Source: a virus
Taxonomy: Duplodnaviria > Caudoviricetes
Reading direction: 5' to 3' (one strand)
IMG/VR virus record: IMGVR_UViG_3300011187_000010
Span: 1-59,108 of that record
DNA length: 59,108 nt
A program made the translations under genes and the position numbers. Positions 26,875 through 35,952 of the stretch are shown here, one piece after another (positions within the stretch are counted from its first letter, which is position 1; each line of letters begins with the position of its first letter). The notes under the pieces are model-generated. The model was not told the DNA's origin. It made no database searches and worked only from the letters and a program-made list of their open reading frames with translations.

Positions 26875-27549
26875 TTACCTATCCTCTGGTACCCATCTTT
26901 CTATTTTGTTCATATAACCTAACACACAAGCAGATGCATCGGTCATATCGTAATTTTCTTTGGATAATGCGTGATTTCTATTATAAATCCACTTGACTTG
27001 TGGGTGTAAGTCAGCTACCTTCTCCCATATAATTGTCTTTTTATCAACATACCAGTCGTACCCACCGAAAAGTGTTTTCTTATTGTCTTTAATTTTTTTC
27101 TCTATTTGTTTTTCTGGGTATCTCACACCTTTCTTATTGTGAGTTCTAATCGCCATAAGTTCAGGGAAAGCAAATGCTCTAGCATCAAAAGATGATATAA
27201 AGTCTGGGACTATACCTAACTTTTGATATACTGACCTAGATATCATACCATTAAACCTAAGTAGTTTACCTACTGTGTTTACGTTATTAGACCTTAATAA
27301 AGGTTCTTCAATAATAACTTTTACAATACCTAAATCTTTGTATTTATTTAAAAACTCTTCTTCAAAGATATTACATTTTTCGAATAATTCTTCTGTTTTT
27401 GTTTCAGGTATAGGTTTAATTTTAGGTGTTACATGTGTAAGTAATACCAGTTCACCCTTTTTACCTGCGTCTTTATATAGAGCAATACCTATTGTTTTGG
27501 TACTGACGTCTAAACCAAGAATTAAATCGTCATTTTTATCTATTTCCAT
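26875..27549 (-). CDS. RuvC-like Holliday junction resolvase
   Basis: ILGLDVSTKTIG, VIIEEPL, DMTDASAC acidic motifs. Confidence 0.82.
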   Translation of the reverse strand: MEIDKNDDLILGLDVSTKTIGIALYKDAGKKGELVLLTHVTPKIKPIPETKTEELFEKCNIFEEEFLNKYKDLGIVKVIIEEPLLRSNNVNTVGKLLRFNGMISRSVYQKLGIVPDFISSFDARAFAFPELMAIRTHNKKGVRYPEKQIEKKIKDNKKTLFGGYDWYVDKKTIIWEKVADLHPQVKWIYNRNHALSKENYDMTDASACVLGYMNKIERWVPEDR

Positions 27550-27599
27550 AATTATATTTCTATATCTAATGTATTAAATATAACTTTAAAGTAAATATA

Positions 27600-28820
27600 T
27601 TATACTAAGATTCTAACACCTAATGCAAGATATTGATTGGCCCCTAGTATTAAATGTTCATTGCTTTTGGCATATGCTATAACATTATTAAAGGTGTCAT
27701 ATAAAGCAACTTCACTAACTTTTATTAAGTCATCGTTGTTAAATGTCGAGTTATTTGTATTAGCGAATTCGTCTCTTTCAACAACACATGTTATGTTTTG
27801 TGATATTTCATTCGATAAATGATTATAAGTAACTGCTGCATTGTCAGCTGATGCGTCCTCAGTATCATAATTATTAACGATATCTGGATTTGTAATTACA
27901 ATAAAACCTTTATCTAAATAAGCTACACCAACCGCATTATCTGCTACTTGGTTAACTGAAGATACTGATAATGCATTAAACCTTTCTTTACCATTTATAC
28001 TGAATGGTTTTGATTGACCAAAGCCTGTAGCCCAACTTTTACTTGGATTCTCATTAGGTCTTTCTACTTTATCAGAAAATAAAAAGGCTACATTACTACC
28101 TACAACACTACCTAAGAATGCACTTTCTTTTATTTGAGAATCTAAGCTGGTTGCTGGTGTTAATGTTCTTTGGAAAGTTGAATATATGGTGTATTCAGTC
28201 CCACCTGTCGTTTCTAACTCAATTTTAATTTCTCTACCATCTAGTATCTCACCGTAGGCACATTTATCTATCGCTATTACAAGTACCTTATTTTGATTTA
28301 TATTTCTTATTGCTGTGTCTAAGTACCCGACTGGATTATTAAATGAGCTATATAAGTTCCTTTCATCTTGTGTTAATGGTAAACCAAATGATTTAAACAA
28401 ATTGACATAAGAATCAGTTGTTACATCTCTTCTATCAGTAATAAATTGGGATATTGTATTGCCACTAGTGTCTGAACCTAGTATTGTTGTTTGACCTAAT
28501 TTAGTAGGTTTTATATTTACTGTTGCTGAACCGCTCTCAACTAATTTTCTTATATCACCTGACGAGTTTACAATAATAGGTGATTTTATACTAACACCCT
28601 CATATACACCATTACTAAATATGTTGTCAACACCCACTTCACCTGCTAAAGCTGGTACTTCACCATTATCTAATTGTAAGTCACTCAAATAATTGGCATC
28701 TGAATCACCTAAACCAAAATGTGTTATAACACTACTACTATTTGTCAATAGTTGTCTTCTACCAAATGGTGTTAATTTGGCTGTTACTGTTACTGTATCT
28801 GCGCTTGCTAAAAATCCCAT
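27600..28820 (-). CDS. virion structural protein (baseplate/tail-collar-like)
   Basis: AKLTPFGR..ITHFGLGDSDANY at the N-terminus; SEVALYDTFNNVIAYAK at the C-terminus (tail-collar-like). Confidence 0.75.
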   Translation of the reverse strand: MGFLASADTVTVTAKLTPFGRRQLLTNSSSVITHFGLGDSDANYLSDLQLDNGEVPALAGEVGVDNIFSNGVYEGVSIKSPIIVNSSGDIRKLVESGSATVNIKPTKLGQTTILGSDTSGNTISQFITDRRDVTTDSYVNLFKSFGLPLTQDERNLYSSFNNPVGYLDTAIRNINQNKVLVIAIDKCAYGEILDGREIKIELETTGGTEYTIYSTFQRTLTPATSLDSQIKESAFLGSVVGSNVAFLFSDKVERPNENPSKSWATGFGQSKPFSINGKERFNALSVSSVNQVADNAVGVAYLDKGFIVITNPDIVNNYDTEDASADNAAVTYNHLSNEISQNITCVVERDEFANTNNSTFNNDDLIKVSEVALYDTFNNVIAYAKSNEHLILGANQYLALGVRILV

Positions 28821-28823
28821 ATC

Positions 28824-30848
28824 TTAAAAATCAATACTTAATTCTAGTATAACCGTTTTACCAGAGCTTAATTCAGCTGGTTTACTAAGTTTACCTATTA
28901 TTACTAAATCACCGTTACTATCATAAACACCAACTTCACTAACCATTATGTTAGGTGGGTTAGTTGCTAAGTCATTACTTCTAGTGGCATTAGACGTTCT
29001 ATTAAAATCACTTGCATTAATAGAAATTTTAAAAATTGTTTTAAATATCGTTGCACCAATAAAAGCCTCAACGTTACCATAGAAAAATCTTTCATCACCA
29101 AATTGTAATGTTTCTGGTGAAGTTGATGGTACCATATTTAATTTGTCTATTATCGAGTATGTTGTAGAAGAACTGGTATTTGATTGTGTTAGTTGAAAGC
29201 TAGGTGTTAATGCTAATGGGTTTTGTCTTTCTAAAACGTCAACATCCACAAAACCATCAGAGTTTTCATCAACAGATGAACTAAAATCTACTTCTTGCCA
29301 CGCATCTGTTACGGGTCTAGAGCCATTTGTTACTTGATATAATACTTTAAAAGTATCACCGTAAAAACCTACCGTAGAGTCATCATCTCTCATATAAGGT
29401 AATAACCCCACATCTTCCATGTTGAATTGTATGTCAAAAGAAGAGTTGTTATTATTGGTAATTCTACTATAATTTTGAGCTGGTAATGTTGGTCTTAAAC
29501 CACTACCACTTTCATTATCAATTCTGTAAGTTACGTACATTGTTTGGCCAGCTGGTAATACACCAGTGCCAACCCCACCTGATGGGTTTGTTAGTGTTAA
29601 ATTCAATTTAGGTAAAGTCCAGTTCCTGTTAGATTTATACGACATTGCTGCATTAACCTCAGGGTCAGTCACAACAATAATTTTTAATTGCGTATAAACC
29701 CTACCAACTACCTTAGGTGTACCCTCTACTAAAGAAGGGTCTTCGATTAACTCAACATATGTTAAACCATTAGCTCCAGAGTTTATACTTGGACCGCTTG
29801 CTATAAATGTCATACCCATTTTATCACCAGTACCAGATACGCCATTGAAGTTTCTTCTGTGGTACATTATATTAGGTAAGTGTATTTTAACGTTTTTAGT
29901 GTCGTTATCAATAAATAAATACTCACCGTATAAATTTGATATTGTTTTGTTAGAGTAATGAATTATTGCTGAAGATTTTACATCTAAAGCTTCTGAATTA
30001 TAAAGATAGTTTTTAACTTGGCCTATATAATTGTAAGAACCAAAATTTTCTAATTTCTCGAATTGAGTGGTCCCAGTTATACCTAGTACGTTTTCAGAAA
30101 ACGGGATATTCATATTCCACAACGGAACATCATTTACTGTTATATCACAAGAACTATCAAATGATAACGTTCCAGTGTCCCAGTAACCTATAGAATCTGG
30201 TTCGTTGTTGTAAATATCACCACCTTTATATATAATGTAGGATGCGTTTCCAGAACTTAATGTAGGTAACTCCCTATCCACTGTAATTGTTGAACCTGTT
30301 ACTTGTATTTTATAAAATAGATGTGGCTGTGGTGTTTCATTAGTGAAATCTGAATAACCAATTTTAAGTAATAAAATATCACCCACTTCCGCATTATTAC
30401 CTGTTATATCCAACGTATTACCGCCAGATATTGCACTCGATGAAATGGTCCCTGAACTTCTAGTGTAACCAGACATTTCTTCTGAAGTCTCAGTTAACGT
30501 TTCCCATCCACTTGATAATGAGCCTGTAAAAGGTCCTCTTTGTTCAGCCTCATTGTTTACTCTTAATTTAACACAGCTAATATCACCATCAACAAATGGA
30601 TTTTTATTAGTGTTATTATTTTTACTAATAAAATATTTTAAATCAGGTTGTTTGTCTTTAGGTCTTAATATTGTCGTACTACCCGTCAAAACGTCGTCTT
30701 GCACAAAACCTTCTCTATTGTAATTAATTTCAGAGTCACCAATTGACCAAGAACTGAAATTTAATTCTCCTTTAGCTATTTTCTCTCTACCAACTTCAGT
30801 TAGCTTTACGCTAGTGAAAGGCTGTGCATTTCTAATTATATAACTCAT
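28824..30848 (-). CDS. virion structural protein, paralogous to 27600..28820
   Basis: VKLTEVGREKIA..WSIGDSEINY; SEVGVYDSNGDLVIIGKLS. Confidence 0.75.
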   Translation of the reverse strand: MSYIIRNAQPFTSVKLTEVGREKIAKGELNFSSWSIGDSEINYNREGFVQDDVLTGSTTILRPKDKQPDLKYFISKNNNTNKNPFVDGDISCVKLRVNNEAEQRGPFTGSLSSGWETLTETSEEMSGYTRSSGTISSSAISGGNTLDITGNNAEVGDILLLKIGYSDFTNETPQPHLFYKIQVTGSTITVDRELPTLSSGNASYIIYKGGDIYNNEPDSIGYWDTGTLSFDSSCDITVNDVPLWNMNIPFSENVLGITGTTQFEKLENFGSYNYIGQVKNYLYNSEALDVKSSAIIHYSNKTISNLYGEYLFIDNDTKNVKIHLPNIMYHRRNFNGVSGTGDKMGMTFIASGPSINSGANGLTYVELIEDPSLVEGTPKVVGRVYTQLKIIVVTDPEVNAAMSYKSNRNWTLPKLNLTLTNPSGGVGTGVLPAGQTMYVTYRIDNESGSGLRPTLPAQNYSRITNNNNSSFDIQFNMEDVGLLPYMRDDDSTVGFYGDTFKVLYQVTNGSRPVTDAWQEVDFSSSVDENSDGFVDVDVLERQNPLALTPSFQLTQSNTSSSTTYSIIDKLNMVPSTSPETLQFGDERFFYGNVEAFIGATIFKTIFKISINASDFNRTSNATRSNDLATNPPNIMVSEVGVYDSNGDLVIIGKLSKPAELSSGKTVILELSIDF

Positions 30849-30911
30849 AACGTTTTTATTATATTGTATTTACTTATAAATATGAATAAGTAAAGAAATT
30901 ATCTTATTTTT

Positions 30912-32348
30912 TTATAGTTGTAAGGTTATCGGTACCACTTCACTATCAGTTAATAGTGAAATTGTATCGCCATTTAACAACTCATAATTTTTCTCATTAA
31001 CTACCTTATAAAATACATCAGTTCCACTATAAGAGCTTAAATCAACATTCACCCCATAGGTTGCATTGTTAACAACATAATCAGTGGTTGCTGAGTATAT
31101 TATGGTGTTAGCTGAAAAGGATTCATCATCAGCTGCATATAAAATGAATCTGCCATTGGTATTTATTGGTTGTGGTGATACGGTCCATAACACATCAAAA
31201 TTATCTACGTTAACGGTTCCAACAAATGTTCCAAAAGAATTATATGTTATTGTAATAATGTCCGATTGCTCTAATTCACCGTTTAAGATAACCTTAGTCG
31301 GGTCACTACTTGATTGATTGTAGTCACCTCCATTAGCCAGAGTAATACCGTTTAATGTAATAATTAAGTCGTTAAATTCAACTGGCTCTGTTAGTGTAAA
31401 TATTTCGTATTTGTTAGTGTCAGTGTTAAAATATACTACCTCTGACCCTTCTTCACCTGTTACGCCAGATACAATAGGGTTATTTATTAATTTAGATTCT
31501 GAAACTAGACCATTTGCATTGCCCGAACTCACGTAAGCAATTGTTATTATATCATCAATTTTTATTGAGTCTATACCATTAAATACTATTTTATTTGTAC
31601 CTACTGTTACAAAATCGGCGTCTTCGCCCTCGAATAAGGTAATACCATTTACAGATACGATTGGCCTACCTGACCAGTTAGAAGTTGTGGTTACTTCGTT
31701 GGTAGCACCTTCATCACTTACAAATGATTCAACCCTAAGAGCGCCTAATGCTATGTCTGGATTAGGCGTTAATGTGAAAATAGGTCTAGTTGCGGCATTT
31801 ATAGCTGCAAAGTAATAATCAAAGTCTTCTTCATATAACCCGAATTCATCGCCAACTAATTTAAAAGTGTCATTTCTATCACCTAAAGCTGTTAGTATAT
31901 CTGTACATGTCCCATAATTATAACTACCCTTTATTAGATACTCTCCATCTATGTTTAACTCAGATACAAGTATTGAGTCTGTAAATGCACTAGTACCACT
32001 AAAATCATCCCATTCAATAGGGCCAGAATCAAATACTGGTGGTGAACTAAATGTAGTTGAGTTATTATTGTACTTATAAATCCTATATCTAAAGGTTGTA
32101 TCAACATCAATAAAACTATCAACATTATCTATAAAAGAGAATGACAAATCTAAAGTATTTTCACTATCAATTACATGAATCTCATCATCTGATGTTGTTA
32201 CCCCAGTCATTACCTTATCACCGCCCACCATCTCAAATATAGGTTTTTCGAATTCGCAAAAATCTGAACTCATACTAACGTTCACATTATCCTTGTTTCT
32301 AAGGATATTATGTGGGTTTCGTATTATATTTTTTTCTTGAAATCTCAT
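30912..32348 (-). CDS. putative tail/virion protein with repeated beta modules
   Basis: Two (V/L)NGITL....D(F/Y).....KI/V..NG.....DIITI.Y repeats. Confidence 0.75.
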   Translation of the reverse strand: MRFQEKNIIRNPHNILRNKDNVNVSMSSDFCEFEKPIFEMVGGDKVMTGVTTSDDEIHVIDSENTLDLSFSFIDNVDSFIDVDTTFRYRIYKYNNNSTTFSSPPVFDSGPIEWDDFSGTSAFTDSILVSELNIDGEYLIKGSYNYGTCTDILTALGDRNDTFKLVGDEFGLYEEDFDYYFAAINAATRPIFTLTPNPDIALGALRVESFVSDEGATNEVTTTSNWSGRPIVSVNGITLFEGEDADFVTVGTNKIVFNGIDSIKIDDIITIAYVSSGNANGLVSESKLINNPIVSGVTGEEGSEVVYFNTDTNKYEIFTLTEPVEFNDLIITLNGITLANGGDYNQSSSDPTKVILNGELEQSDIITITYNSFGTFVGTVNVDNFDVLWTVSPQPINTNGRFILYAADDESFSANTIIYSATTDYVVNNATYGVNVDLSSYSGTDVFYKVVNEKNYELLNGDTISLLTDSEVVPITLQL

Positions 32349-32611
32349 TAAAATGATATATTTACATTAGTATAGGTTGAACACGTATTTAAACCGTAAT
32401 TATTTGGTGATGTTTCACAAAATTCAGTTTCAATAACCGAACTGAAATCCTGTGTAAACGCTTCAAAGTTAGGTGGTAATAAAATATAATCTTCAACACC
32501 AGCTTTACCCTCTATTCTTCTAACGAAATGTATTTTTGCTGAGAAATCATTATTACCCCCACCAAAATATGATATTACACCTCCGTTTATTTTTTTTATT
32601 AAAATTGGCAT
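32348..32611 (-). CDS. hypothetical protein (87 aa)
   Basis: ORF track; coupled stop/start. Confidence 0.7.
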   Translation of the reverse strand: MPILIKKINGGVISYFGGGNNDFSAKIHFVRRIEGKAGVEDYILLPPNFEAFTQDFSSVIETEFCETSPNNYGLNTCSTYTNVNISF

Positions 32612-32632
32612 CTTATTCTTTTATATTAAATA

Positions 32633-34390
32633 TTAACAATCCTCGTACTTATCACATTCATCGGTTATTGTTTCAGTTATAGAAATTGTTGAACCTGATA
32701 CTGTATCTTCGTCACCACCTATTGTTGTAACAGTTCCAATAAACTCAGACCCATTATTTGTTTGTATTAACGTTAACCCAGTACAATCGTAGCTGTTATC
32801 TTCTACAGCACCAAACGTTGGTTCACCTGTTGAGTTAGGGTTTATGTTAGTTATATCCTCAACATTAACATCGATTGGTAGCTCGTTAACTACTGAACCT
32901 CCATAATTATAGCTAACCCCAGATACTGGACTTGGCGCCTTAAATGAAGGTCTGGTATTACATGTAAACGTACTGTACTTCCTATATTTAAACTTATTAT
33001 TACCACTACTTAATAGAGCATTATCACTATATATTGATGAACCCCATATTGTTGTAGCTGGAACTACTTGCTCAATTAAATCAATCCAATAATCACCTAT
33101 CAATTTAACAAATTCATCTAGTGAATCACCATCTAATGATTCTGTACTTACACCACAATGCTCCACTGAGTTATTGTAACGATAGTTTATAAGTTCTAAT
33201 GTTGGATATCCGCTGATTGTTTTCCTATTCTTAGCATCAATTAACATATTAAATAACTCACTATCATTAGTTATTTCAGTTAACGGCACTGTTATTAGAT
33301 TACTTATATCAACGCATTGATGTACGTTCTTTAAGTTAGATTCACACTCCGTTGATGCGCTTAATAAACAAGGGTTTTCAGTAATTACAGAAAATATATT
33401 ATCATTAACTGCTTGAGATGGATTTATCGCAATGTCAACTTCTTTTGTGTTGATAGATAGCCTTTCATTATTAATCCTATAATTTGTTTTACGTCTATCT
33501 AAATCAAAGTTTCTATTAATTAATTCATTATTTCTAACCCAAGATTTTTTGTTATCAATAACTCTAGTAATTTCGAAAGTAGGGCAGTCACCATCAACAA
33601 ATCGTGGTGGTGGTGGTGCTATAGAGTCACATACTTTATCCAACTTAACATTATCAATCAACAGAGAAAAATTTCTAAGTGAATTACCTTCTATAGATAT
33701 TTTAACCCTTTCATCTCTAATATCATTGATTAGTGATAAGTCATCGATAACTAGATTGAATTTAGCCCACTCTGAGTTTATTGAATTCTCATCTATATTA
33801 CTACCTAATTCATCTATAAATGTTTGTCTAACGCTGGTGCATTCTCTACTTCCAGCACCTTCCAATAAAATACCAGTTCTTTCATTACCATTAAAGAATT
33901 CTGAAACATCATCAGTAGCAAATAAAGTTTTTGATATTACATTTTCCGTAGTATTAGGTATCGGTAGACTATTATTAGTAATAACTTTTTCTATTTTAAC
34001 AGTCAATTCAATATCTTCTAATAATTCAGATAATGTTAAAGTTCGGTTATCATTAGTATTGTTAGATATTCTAGAACATTCAAACTTTAATAACCAATCA
34101 AAATTTAATTCTAATACACACCTTTCCTCTTCACCTTCATCTAATTGAAATATTGCACCTGTATCACTTTCTGGATTTAAAATAACATTGTACGAACCAC
34201 CATCAATACATGATGGTGACCAATAACATTTTGTGTCGGTTGGGTCAAAGGTCCATCCATTATCAACACAACATTGATAACTTAAATTGGATTCACCGTC
34301 TTCTAAGATGCCTACGACAGTACCATCTACATTAAACGTCACCTCGTTTAAACCAACACCATTTATATCTGTACAATTATTTACTTCCAT
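32633..34390 (-). CDS. putative baseplate/tail protein, Cys-rich
   Basis: Structural cluster; WIDLIEQVVPATTIWG motif. Confidence 0.75.
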   Translation of the reverse strand: MEVNNCTDINGVGLNEVTFNVDGTVVGILEDGESNLSYQCCVDNGWTFDPTDTKCYWSPSCIDGGSYNVILNPESDTGAIFQLDEGEEERCVLELNFDWLLKFECSRISNNTNDNRTLTLSELLEDIELTVKIEKVITNNSLPIPNTTENVISKTLFATDDVSEFFNGNERTGILLEGAGSRECTSVRQTFIDELGSNIDENSINSEWAKFNLVIDDLSLINDIRDERVKISIEGNSLRNFSLLIDNVKLDKVCDSIAPPPPRFVDGDCPTFEITRVIDNKKSWVRNNELINRNFDLDRRKTNYRINNERLSINTKEVDIAINPSQAVNDNIFSVITENPCLLSASTECESNLKNVHQCVDISNLITVPLTEITNDSELFNMLIDAKNRKTISGYPTLELINYRYNNSVEHCGVSTESLDGDSLDEFVKLIGDYWIDLIEQVVPATTIWGSSIYSDNALLSSGNNKFKYRKYSTFTCNTRPSFKAPSPVSGVSYNYGGSVVNELPIDVNVEDITNINPNSTGEPTFGAVEDNSYDCTGLTLIQTNNGSEFIGTVTTIGGDEDTVSGSTISITETITDECDKYEDC

Positions 34391-34421
34391 TACTATTAAA
34401 TATCAAAAAGCTTATTTATTG

Positions 34422-34967
34422 TTAACATGGACCTAACTCTATAAAAAATAAGTCTGGGTTATTTGCCTCTGTTTGCTCCAAGTCTAATTTAGCACATATA
34501 ATTTTTTCTTCACCAACAAAGGTAAATGTTACTGACCCAAGAGGGTTTCTTGAATTACACTCAATGAAATCAAACCTTCTTGTGTTACCACCATCAATAG
34601 GAGCGGTACCGCCATCGACACCACCGCCAAAGCCTGGGTCTGGTTCTACTTCTTGACTAAAATCACCTTCAGGTCTTGATGTTAGCCATTGTACTCTATA
34701 TTCTGTACAAATTGGGTCCCCACCGCAATCTTCACTTACAGTGAAAGTTGAGGTTGCCCAAGCACTTGTTGCACCATCCGAATTAGTTACGTTAACCTCT
34801 AAGTCATATTGACCAACACTTGTTATATTCTCTGTTTTTGGGTCATTCAAATCTATTGAGAAGTTATTCCAAGTATTATTCCCTTGTACCCTATATCTAC
34901 CATTTGCACTAGTTATTGTAGTGCCATCTGGTGTTGTTGTTGATAATCTTATTGGAATTCTACACAT
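34422..34967 (-). CDS. putative virion protein with Ig/FN3-like N-terminal domain
   Basis: RYRVQGNNTW...GQYDLEVNVTNSDGATSAW. Confidence 0.7.
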   Translation of the reverse strand: MCRIPIRLSTTTPDGTTITSANGRYRVQGNNTWNNFSIDLNDPKTENITSVGQYDLEVNVTNSDGATSAWATSTFTVSEDCGGDPICTEYRVQWLTSRPEGDFSQEVEPDPGFGGGVDGGTAPIDGGNTRRFDFIECNSRNPLGSVTFTFVGEEKIICAKLDLEQTEANNPDLFFIELGPC

Positions 34968-34995
34968 ATTATTTATTTTATTACTATTATTATTA

Positions 34996-35952
34996 TTACG
35001 GTTGCACTGGGCTCAGATTTAACCTTGGGTCGCCAGAATCAAAGATACTTCCACTTAATTGACAACACGCATCATTTGTTATTAATACTGTTGGAGGTGG
35101 TCCTACCTCGCAACATAAATCATTTGTAATGCTAACTGTTGGTAGTACTGTCAGTAGTGAATTATAACATATAATTGTTCCATCTGACCTCTCATCAGAA
35201 CTGAATCCATTAACACTACAACACTCCGCAGTAGGTACAGTAGTTGTTGTTTCTTTAGTAACTGGGTTGATGAATGTAATCGCACCAAAATCTTGTGCAG
35301 GTTCTACAACTTCTAAACCTTCACATGGGTTATATTCAACCTCTTCAATACACTTAATTCCATCGTCAGTCATTTCATCAACGAAACCATTATCAAAACA
35401 ACATTGTGCGCTAGGTACTGTGGTTACAGTACTACCTGTCACAAAATCAAATACTACATAGTCGTCTATTCTATTAGATGTTGGTGTGTAATTATCGCAA
35501 TCATTCACATCGATTTCGCCTCTCCACCTACAAACAAAATATCTTTCTGGTCCTATCTCAGGTGTAAATCCTAAAGATTCACAGCACTCTGGGTGTGTAT
35601 TTTTAGAAGCTGAACCATCGTCAAAATAAAACGTAATCAAACCAGTGTCTTGCTCTTTAATAAAATTAGTAAAATCACAAACAACTGGTTTATTAACACC
35701 CTCACTCACTACTATTTCTAAACTAGTATTACACCCTTCACTTGGTGGGATATTACTTGTTTCTACGGCAGTTACTCTAGTTTCAATACCAAAACATTCA
35801 GATACATCAACACCATTACTATCAATTACATCAATAAACGGAACGCTGGCCATGTCACCAGATGTTGGTCTAGTGTCTCCATCTGATGACGTTATCTTAA
35901 AACGCTCATTAATTAATATTTCACTTGTATTTATTGTACCTGTTATTCTCAT
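34996..35952 (-). CDS. Cys-rich repeat protein
   Basis: Three (E/Q)CC...GF repeats and two PTV.ITND.CC repeats. Confidence 0.8.
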   Translation of the reverse strand: MRITGTINTSEILINERFKITSSDGDTRPTSGDMASVPFIDVIDSNGVDVSECFGIETRVTAVETSNIPPSEGCNTSLEIVVSEGVNKPVVCDFTNFIKEQDTGLITFYFDDGSASKNTHPECCESLGFTPEIGPERYFVCRWRGEIDVNDCDNYTPTSNRIDDYVVFDFVTGSTVTTVPSAQCCFDNGFVDEMTDDGIKCIEEVEYNPCEGLEVVEPAQDFGAITFINPVTKETTTTVPTAECCSVNGFSSDERSDGTIICYNSLLTVLPTVSITNDLCCEVGPPPTVLITNDACCQLSGSIFDSGDPRLNLSPVQP